The notes under the pieces: generated by a model | What the model was told of the DNA's origin: nothing | Databases searched by the model: none | The model's input: only the letters and a program-made list of their open reading frames with translations | DNA from: Desulfosudaceae bacterium | GTDB lineage: Bacteria; Desulfobacterota; Desulfobacteria; Desulfobacterales; Desulfosudaceae | DNA length: 64,000 nucleotides | Direction of reading: 5' to 3' | Assembly (NCBI GenBank): GCA_963674745.2 | Contig: CAXXDV010000003.1 | Span: 2,496,001-2,560,000 of the forward strand | Part shown: piece after piece, positions 57,419-64,000 of the stretch | How positions within the stretch are numbered: the stretch's first letter is position 1 | How the letters are laid out: each line of letters opens with the position of its first letter | Made by a program: the position numbers and the translations under genes

Positions 57419-58261
57419 ATGTCGATATTATTTGTCGAAGGATCTCAACATCCAGGTGTTCCTGAAATACAGCGTTTTGATGCTGCGTCTGTTTATATTA
57501 TGGTAAAACATCGTCCGTTTTCAGGGATTGGAAGGCTTAAGCGGGCCCTGTTGACAGACTTTTCCGAGAAAGTTAAGTCCGTTAGCGATACGTTGAATTA
57601 TACAGCATTTAAGCAACATCATCTTGTCAAGGGCGGTGCTTTCGCCGCCCTTTCTTATATTGCCACACGAAAGCATGTAAGTGTGTCAATGCTAAGCCGC
57701 CTCCGCGGCCTGACACCCCCGAAGCCTTATCATATTTCATTGTTTCCATACTATGACGCGGTGATCGAATTTCAATTTGCCGGACAGTTGTCAAACGAAC
57801 AGATAACAACGATCAAAGACCTTGCCCATTCTCTGGCCGGCATGTGTAAAAGGGTTTCCGTCATGGAGAGTAGTGTCCGTTATCAGGCATTCGATGATAA
57901 GAGCCCCGCAAAAAAGAATCCTTTTCATATGGTGTTCATTTCACAGGAACCCTCTCATATTGAACGTGAGCAGGCGCAAAAGCACTGGGCAAATGCGCAT
58001 GCCGCTTTCGTCGTCAATAATGTCAGGTTTACCAGAATGAAACGTTACCGGATTTCGCATGCAACGCTTGATAAAAAAAGCCTATTTGAAAACAGGTATG
58101 GCGGCATTGCATTTTGCGAATTTAAAGGCCTGCCGGCGTTTATGCTTAACATGCTTAATCCTAATGCGGTAAGACTCAACAACTCAATCGTGCTTGACGA
58201 AGTGAACCTGTCGGCAGATTCCAGAATTATGCTGATGAAAGAATACGACCTGGGGGACTGA
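57419..58261 (+). CDS. EthD-like protein (close paralog of 10855..11721)
   Basis: Collinear high identity; GGAGG SD before ATG 57419. Confidence 0.8.
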   Translation: MSILFVEGSQHPGVPEIQRFDAASVYIMVKHRPFSGIGRLKRALLTDFSEKVKSVSDTLNYTAFKQHHLVKGGAFAALSYIATRKHVSVSMLSRLRGLTPPKPYHISLFPYYDAVIEFQFAGQLSNEQITTIKDLAHSLAGMCKRVSVMESSVRYQAFDDKSPAKKNPFHMVFISQEPSHIEREQAQKHWANAHAAFVVNNVRFTRMKRYRISHATLDKKSLFENRYGGIAFCEFKGLPAFMLNMLNPNAVRLNNSIVLDEVNLSADSRIMLMKEYDLGD

Positions 58262-58312
58262 CAAACGCCCTCCGGTGGGAGCTTTTTGGTTCCGATGCGA
58301 CCCTAAAAAAAA

Positions 58313-59779
58313 TTATTTTGAGGATTCGATCGCCTCGGCCAGCAGCCTGTCCACGGTTGCAAGAGGTTCGGCTTCCACATAAATCTGATAGGAAAACATG
58401 GTCGGCCAGAGCCTGACCAGAAATGTACTCACCGACATCATGATACGACTGATCAGGTTGTCGCCCAGTGCTTTGGGGAATGGCGGCGGGATGCCTTTCA
58501 CTTTCAGAACCCGGTACCCCTCCTGTTCAAGCAGCCGCCTGATGGACCCGAATGTAAACAATCGCTTATGGGTCAGGTCAAGAATCCCCTCTGTCCCGTA
58601 ATTAAATTGTCCGAAAAGCAGCCCCATCCGGGTGACGACAAAGCCGATATTGGGCGTGGTCAGAATCAGCCTCGTTTTTTCCGCGTAACATTTGTGGCGT
58701 AATGCCGCCGCCAGGCGTTCCGGCGCATTCACATGTTCGATACAGTCAAGGGCCAGAACGATATCGTATGTTTCGATTCCATCGGGCAGTTCGCCGTCGT
58801 CCAGGTCATGAAGAATAAATTTCTTAAAAGAATCCGCGGCTGGAGGGGATCTGTCCACACCGGTCACGTGACATTGTTTTGCGACCAGTTCCGAGGCCAC
58901 ATAACCGGGGCCGCAGGCCAGATCCAGAACCGTGGAACCGGGAGGCGTCGCATCAATGGCCAGGGAATGAGAAGAGACATAACCGGTTTTCAAGGTATAG
59001 TCGGCATTTCCGGACCGCATATCAAATTTTCGCTGAAAAAGCAGGCCCATGCCGTGAATCCGGCTGGCGACGGTGGCCCGGAAAACATTCCAGGCATAGG
59101 CCATGCCATTCACATAGCAGATCTCGTCACCATAATAAGTCGGGATCGCCAGCTCCCTGATCCGTAAACCGGCCATCAGGAACTGGATGATGATTTCCGT
59201 GTCGAAATGAAAGTCATTGGTATTGTAACGGAACGGGACCTGTTCGAGGGCCGCCACCGAATAAATCCGGTAGCCGGAGTGAAATTCCGTCAGGCTGGCC
59301 TTAAGAACCAGGTTCTGGAATGTCGTCAGAATGCGGTTGCCGACATATTTATACAGGGGCATGCCCTGCCGTACAGCCGCGCCCTTTTCCATCATGCGTG
59401 AGCCGAAACAGGCGTCAGCCTCACCGTCAATGACCGGTTTAATTAAATCCGGTAATTTCTCGGGTGCATACTGGCCGTCTCCATGAACCAGGGCGACCAC
59501 ATCAAAGCCTTGTTGAATGGCGAACTCATACCCCAGTTTCTGGTTACCGCCGTAACCCTGGTTGACGGGGTTTTTTAAGATGGTAATCCTGGGCAGAGCG
59601 CATTCCCCCACGCTCTCTCTCGCCATGCTAAAGGTATTGTCGGCGGAAGAGTCATCGATGATCAGCACTTCGGTCCCGACCGGCAGCCTGTCCACGGGGA
59701 TGCGCCTTAAAACAGACGCGATCGTCTTTTCCGCATTGTAGGCGACAATGAATATGAGAACTTTCTTTTCCACCATCAT
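58313..59779 (-). CDS. GT2 glycosyltransferase fused to class I SAM methyltransferase
   Basis: IIDDSS, GYGGNQK, VHGDGQY, VLDLACGPG, GILDLTH. Confidence 0.9.
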   Translation of the reverse strand: MMVEKKVLIFIVAYNAEKTIASVLRRIPVDRLPVGTEVLIIDDSSADNTFSMARESVGECALPRITILKNPVNQGYGGNQKLGYEFAIQQGFDVVALVHGDGQYAPEKLPDLIKPVIDGEADACFGSRMMEKGAAVRQGMPLYKYVGNRILTTFQNLVLKASLTEFHSGYRIYSVAALEQVPFRYNTNDFHFDTEIIIQFLMAGLRIRELAIPTYYGDEICYVNGMAYAWNVFRATVASRIHGMGLLFQRKFDMRSGNADYTLKTGYVSSHSLAIDATPPGSTVLDLACGPGYVASELVAKQCHVTGVDRSPPAADSFKKFILHDLDDGELPDGIETYDIVLALDCIEHVNAPERLAAALRHKCYAEKTRLILTTPNIGFVVTRMGLLFGQFNYGTEGILDLTHKRLFTFGSIRRLLEQEGYRVLKVKGIPPPFPKALGDNLISRIMMSVSTFLVRLWPTMFSYQIYVEAEPLATVDRLLAEAIESSK

Positions 59780-60033
59780 TCATAAACCCTTAAATCGTTT
59801 TTATCAAATATACCAGCAAGCCCCTTTGTTGGCAAGTACCATGGGCGCCCCGGCGATCATAACGTGTTCAACAGCCGCCATGACACCTGCAGCCGGAACC
59901 TTGACATTTGCGGTCTTGCGGTCCTATACTTTTCCAAAAGCCGATTCTGATGATCGTCTTGATCGTTCCCGGATGATCCATTATCGCTGCGACAATTGCC
60001 TCCGTCATCCATGCTATGACATAATAGAGTAAT

Positions 60034-61602
60034 ATGAACACATCCGGCCGAAAAAGCATTGAAGCACTGTCCATCGGCATCATCCTGGGCGTTGTCCTGG
60101 CCTGGTCCTCCAGAAGTTTTGGCCTGACCTGGGATGAAACCATTTATTTTCAGTATGCCGACACCATCCGCGACTGGTTTGTAAACAACCGCTCGTTTGA
60201 TGCCTCAGCACTGACGTCTTACTGGAATTACAGCAGCTACCATAACCCCCATCCGCCGTTCATGAAAATTGTCAACGCTTTTTCTTCGACCCTGTTTTCC
60301 GGCCACATCCCCTTTCCCGCCAGTTACCGCATGGGCAACACCATTTATATTGCCGCTTGTGTTGCCCTGTCCTGGCGGCTGCTCAGGTCCTCTTTTTCAG
60401 GGCTGATGACAGCCGCGGCCGTCTGTTTTATCTGCCTGCAACCCAGGGTATTCGGCCATTTGATGATCGCCGCCACCGATTCCCCGATAGCCATGAGCTG
60501 GCTGGTCTTGACGCTCATTGCCTGGCGGCTTGATCAAACGCCGGCACCCGCTCATCGACCGATCTTAAGGTTACTGCTGTTTGCCTTTCTGGGAATGGCC
60601 AGCGCCACCAAAATCACCGGTTTTATGGCCATCATACCGTTGGCCGCCTATTTTCTGTTTCAAAAAAATTTCCGCGAATTACGGTGGCTGTCGGCAGCAG
60701 CCCTGTTCGCTCTGTTTTTCGTACTGTTGAGCGCTCCCTATCAATGGGCCCATCCCCTGACCGCCATCGGTCATTACCTGTTTTACCCCTTTCTCCGCTC
60801 ACAACAAGCCATCAGTTCTTTTTATCTCGGCCGCGTGTATACGTTCTACCTGCCCTGGCACTATTTTTCCGTCATGACCTTCGCAACCTATCCGGTTATA
60901 TTGTGGGTATTGCTGAGCGGATTGATAAACGCCTGTCAGATAAAGGGGCACGGCCTCCTACCGGCCGTCCTCGTTCCCCTGGTATTCTGGCTGATCATTG
61001 TCCATTTACCGACAACCCCCAAACACGACGGAATTCGGCAGATGCTCTGTGTTTACCCCTTCCTCGGGCTACTCTCCTGGTTTGGCCTTATGGGCTGGCT
61101 GACCGCCCTGAGACAACGCCTGGACTTACGCCGGCAAGGGCTGTTGCAAATAATTGGCGTACCGGTTATTCTTATCTTACTGGTGGCCGGGGTTTATCGC
61201 AGCCACCCCTTTGAACTGAGTTATTACAACTGTCTGATCGGCGGTATCCGGGGGGCGGAGAAAAAAGGCTTTGAAATGACATACTACCTGGAAGCGGTTA
61301 CACCAAAGTTGCTCAAGCGCCTGAATCCCTGTCTGGATAAGGGTAAAACATTATGCATGATGCCCCCCTGGCCCCTGTTACTGGAACAGTATGCCCAACA
61401 CGGCGTGTTGACCGGAGACTTCTCCGTATCACGGCTCGGCAGCGGGAAAAAGATGGACTATCTGCTGATCCTGAGACGCAGGGGGTATGTAAATGACGCT
61501 TTATACAACGCCGTTGAGCCGCTGTTCGAAGTCACCCATAAAGGCGTGTCCCTGGTCAAGTTCTACGAATCACCCGGCCGGGATAAACTGCAGGAGAATT
61601 AA
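60034..61602 (+). CDS. GT-C (ArnT/family 39-like) membrane glycosyltransferase
   Basis: TWDE, HPPF, ATDSP and ATK motifs with multiple TM helices. Confidence 0.8.
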   Translation: MNTSGRKSIEALSIGIILGVVLAWSSRSFGLTWDETIYFQYADTIRDWFVNNRSFDASALTSYWNYSSYHNPHPPFMKIVNAFSSTLFSGHIPFPASYRMGNTIYIAACVALSWRLLRSSFSGLMTAAAVCFICLQPRVFGHLMIAATDSPIAMSWLVLTLIAWRLDQTPAPAHRPILRLLLFAFLGMASATKITGFMAIIPLAAYFLFQKNFRELRWLSAAALFALFFVLLSAPYQWAHPLTAIGHYLFYPFLRSQQAISSFYLGRVYTFYLPWHYFSVMTFATYPVILWVLLSGLINACQIKGHGLLPAVLVPLVFWLIIVHLPTTPKHDGIRQMLCVYPFLGLLSWFGLMGWLTALRQRLDLRRQGLLQIIGVPVILILLVAGVYRSHPFELSYYNCLIGGIRGAEKKGFEMTYYLEAVTPKLLKRLNPCLDKGKTLCMMPPWPLLLEQYAQHGVLTGDFSVSRLGSGKKMDYLLILRRRGYVNDALYNAVEPLFEVTHKGVSLVKFYESPGRDKLQEN

Positions 61603-61605
61603 CCC

Positions 61606-62595
61606 GTGGAAGACCCAAAAATTGCCATTGTCATTCCGCTTTATAATGACTGGGAAAATCTGCCCCCGCTTCTAGACCGCATCGATCAGTCCCTGTCCGG
61701 CCAACAGAGCACCGTCAGTATTTTCATCGTTGATGATTGTTCCACATCCGGCGCCGGGACGTTCCTTGACAATTGCCGTCAAAAAGACTTTTCGCATATC
61801 TCTCGCATTTTCAAGATCAGACTGAGCCGGAACATGGGCCACCAGGGGGCCATCGTGGTCGGTATCTGCCATGTCATCAAGAAAGCAATCGCGGACTGTA
61901 TCGTGATAATGGATGCCGACGGCGAAGACAGGCCGGAAGATATCGAAAAACTGCTGGAGAAGATGGAAAAGACCGGGCGCCGATCCCTTATTTTTGCCAG
62001 GCGGCGGAAACGGAAGGAAGGGGCCTGGTTCAAAACCATGTACTCGCTGTTTAAATTCCTGCACTATTTCTTAACCGGTCATCCCATGGATTTCGGTAAT
62101 TTCTCCGTCATTCCCGCAGCCATGGCGGAGTCGCTCATCTCCTTTCACGAAATGTGGAATCATTACCCGGCAACGGCGGTCAAGTCGAAGCTGCCGCTGG
62201 AAAAAGTTTCCTGTGACCGCGGCCGGCGAATTGACGGAAAGTCAAAAATGTCGGTTACCGCCCTTCTACTGCACGGCCTGGGGAGTATCGCCGTTTTCGC
62301 GCCGGAAGTAGGCACCCGCATGCTGCTGGTGTTCACCGGCTCCACCTTGCTGTTCATCGCCGGTATTTTCTGTATCTTCGGGATCCGGTTTTTCACGGAG
62401 CTGGCCATTCCGGGTTGGGCCACATACACCACCGGCATTTTAGGCCTGCTGATCTTTCAGTCATTGAGCCTTTCTCTGCTCTTTATCTTTTTCATCTTAA
62501 ACAGCAGAAACCCGTTTCAGTTCGTACCCAAGCAGAATTATCAACTCTTTATCGATGATGTCCACAAAGCCTGGGATCAACATGAAACCTTATAA
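61606..62595 (+). CDS. GT2 polyprenyl-phosphate glycosyltransferase
   Basis: IPLYND, VDDCS, NMGHQGA, MDADGED; two C-terminal TM helices with PGW. Confidence 0.88.
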   Translation: MEDPKIAIVIPLYNDWENLPPLLDRIDQSLSGQQSTVSIFIVDDCSTSGAGTFLDNCRQKDFSHISRIFKIRLSRNMGHQGAIVVGICHVIKKAIADCIVIMDADGEDRPEDIEKLLEKMEKTGRRSLIFARRRKRKEGAWFKTMYSLFKFLHYFLTGHPMDFGNFSVIPAAMAESLISFHEMWNHYPATAVKSKLPLEKVSCDRGRRIDGKSKMSVTALLLHGLGSIAVFAPEVGTRMLLVFTGSTLLFIAGIFCIFGIRFFTELAIPGWATYTTGILGLLIFQSLSLSLLFIFFILNSRNPFQFVPKQNYQLFIDDVHKAWDQHETL

Positions 62596-63304
62596 GTACC
62601 AGGGGGCGGAGCTTGATGTTTTCAGCCTGGCGGTCAACTGGAAACAATACTGGGCAAATCTGATTTTGCCCTATATAAAAGGGCACGTTTTAGAAGTCGG
62701 GGCCGGGACCGGAAACAATACGGACGTGATTCAGACACTGTGCCGGGACCGGTTCAGCAACTGGACATGCCTCGAGCCGGACCATGACCAGATGGATCGC
62801 CTGAAGCAGACCATGATCGAGGGGCAGCCATCAACGCCGATCGACTTTTTTCAGGGGACCATCACTGACCTGCCCGTTTCTTCTGGCTATGATACGGTAT
62901 TATATATTGATGTACTTGAACATATCGCGGATGACCGCTCAGAAATTGAAAAGGCAACGGCATTGCTTTCGGCAAACGGCTGCCTGGTCGTTCTTTCACC
63001 GGCCCACGGGTTTCTCTACACGGCATTTGACCGCGAAATCGGCCATTTCCGTCGTTATACCGTCAGCGCCCTGAAACGACTGACGCCGCCGGGCCTGACG
63101 CCCGTTTTGGCCAGGTATATCGATTCCGCAGGCTTGCTCGTTTCTCTGGCCAATCGGTTACTGTTGCGGCAGTCTCTGCCCACGGCCCGACAGATCCGGA
63201 TATGGGACGGCATATTTGTCCCTGTGTCGCGCTGGCTGGATGCAATGACCATCGGCAAACTGGGCAAATCCGTCCTTGTCGTTTGGCAGAAAACGTGCCT
63301 ATAA
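62582..63304 (+). CDS. class I SAM methyltransferase
   Basis: VLEVGAGTG, DVLEHI, GHFRRY. Confidence 0.88.
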   Translation: MKPYKYQGAELDVFSLAVNWKQYWANLILPYIKGHVLEVGAGTGNNTDVIQTLCRDRFSNWTCLEPDHDQMDRLKQTMIEGQPSTPIDFFQGTITDLPVSSGYDTVLYIDVLEHIADDRSEIEKATALLSANGCLVVLSPAHGFLYTAFDREIGHFRRYTVSALKRLTPPGLTPVLARYIDSAGLLVSLANRLLLRQSLPTARQIRIWDGIFVPVSRWLDAMTIGKLGKSVLVVWQKTCL

Positions 63305-63381
63305 ACAACCCGGAGGGAACATCGAAACCGATTAAAAGACTTTCCCGTATTGGCGTTTTAACCTGTTAAAAAAATATTCGC

Positions 63382-63579
63382 ATGGAACTGATCAAAACAG
63401 AAGAAAAACCGGCCGACTGCCGATCCTGCCGCCATTATTTCTTCCGGCCCGATGAGCGCTTATCCCATGGTTGCCTGGCCATGGACTACGTCGGAAAAAA
63501 TCCGGCCTTCGAAACGGTTCTCAATCCCGACGAAAGGCCCTGTCCCCTGTTTATCCCTGTCACAAGTGCACTGCCATGA
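63382..63579 (+). CDS. small Cys-rich hypothetical protein
   Basis: CRSCRHYF...HGC...CPLF; stop overlaps the queE ATG (ATGA). Confidence 0.6.
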   Translation: MELIKTEEKPADCRSCRHYFFRPDERLSHGCLAMDYVGKNPAFETVLNPDERPCPLFIPVTSALP

Positions 63580-64000
63580 CCTTGAAAGTAAATGAAATAT
63601 TTTACAGCCTGCAAGGCGAATCGCTTTACGCCGGCCTGCCCTGCGTTTTCGTCCGGCTGACCGGTTGCAACCTCCGCTGCGCCTGGTGCGATACCCGTTA
63701 TGCCTATGAAGCAGGTCGGGACATGGCTCTGGCCGACATCATCGGCCGCGTCAACGAATATGGATGCCCGCTGGTGGAAATCACCGGTGGAGAGCCGCTT
63801 CTTCAGGATCAGACCCCGGCCCTGATCCATGAGCTGATAGACGGCGGATATCAGGTGATGCTGGAAACAAACGGCACCCGGGACATTTGCAACCTGCCCG
63901 AAGCATGTATCAGCATCGTCGATATCAAATGTCCCGCAAGTGGCGAGAACAACCGTCACCGACCGGACATCATACATCAATTGCGACCGGACGATCAGGT
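63576..64000 (+). CDS. queE: 7-carboxy-7-deazaguanine synthase (radical SAM), 5' part
   Basis: Manual translation MTLKVNEIFYSLQGESLYAGLPCVFVRLTGCNLRCAWCDT...EITGGEPL...ETNG; runs off the window end. Confidence 0.92.
   Translation, partial: MTLKVNEIFYSLQGESLYAGLPCVFVRLTGCNLRCAWCDTRYAYEAGRDMALADIIGRVNEYGCPLVEITGGEPLLQDQTPALIHELIDGGYQVMLETNGTRDICNLPEACISIVDIKCPASGENNRHRPDIIHQLRPDDQ

Noticed and set aside
58313..63304. GT/methyltransferase cluster as part of the novel system or as phage DNA modification together with queE
   Set aside because: Ordinary GT2 + GT-C + MTase surface glycosylation layout; no regulon operator and no dpd or phage genes
63486..63980. 164-aa minus-strand ORF
   Set aside because: Antisense to queE, which is the real gene
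1..64000. tRNA, rRNA, riboswitches, integrase or att sites
   Set aside because: None recognisable by eye; an Infernal/Rfam scan would be needed to exclude them

Overview
A 64-kb accessory region, probably from an anaerobic deltaproteobacterium (Desulfobacterales-like; inferred from gene content and MITE style), dominated by genes that look devoted to lipid or long-chain hydrophobic substrates. Two regulons can be read directly from the DNA. (1) A 36-bp tandem-repeat operator (TTCACAAAATGTCAA-N6-TTCACAT[A/T/C]TGGTCAA, 21-bp period) occurs six times, next to two paralogous AraC regulators. It sits upstream of an ADC-like/SDR/hydrolase/START/VOC/alpha-hydroxy-acid dehydrogenase operon, an SDR/EthD/Rieske-cytochrome b operon, an SCP2/TPP-lyase operon and a glycyl radical enzyme (GRE) operon. 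(2) Four sigma-54 promoters drive secreted alpha/beta-hydrolases, three of which share a signal-peptide plus poly-Pro leader, alongside three paralogous enhancer-binding proteins. The most unusual modules are a Rieske/cytochrome b complex and a GRE. The cytochrome b has an inserted 2x[4Fe-4S] domain and is encoded with a pentaheme cytochrome c and a Tat-lipoprotein CrtU/PDS-like flavoprotein carrying a rubredoxin-like insert. The GRE has a non-canonical Cys loop (ACVG) and an insertion of about 80 aa. Mobile DNA includes an intact IS1182 inserted in the loop of a REP-like hairpin, IS91-family remnants flanking a cargo gene, two MITEs, a HipBA module and several gene fragments. The right end is a glycosyltransferase/methyltransferase cluster followed by queE. 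All functional calls come from motifs read by eye; no database searches were run.
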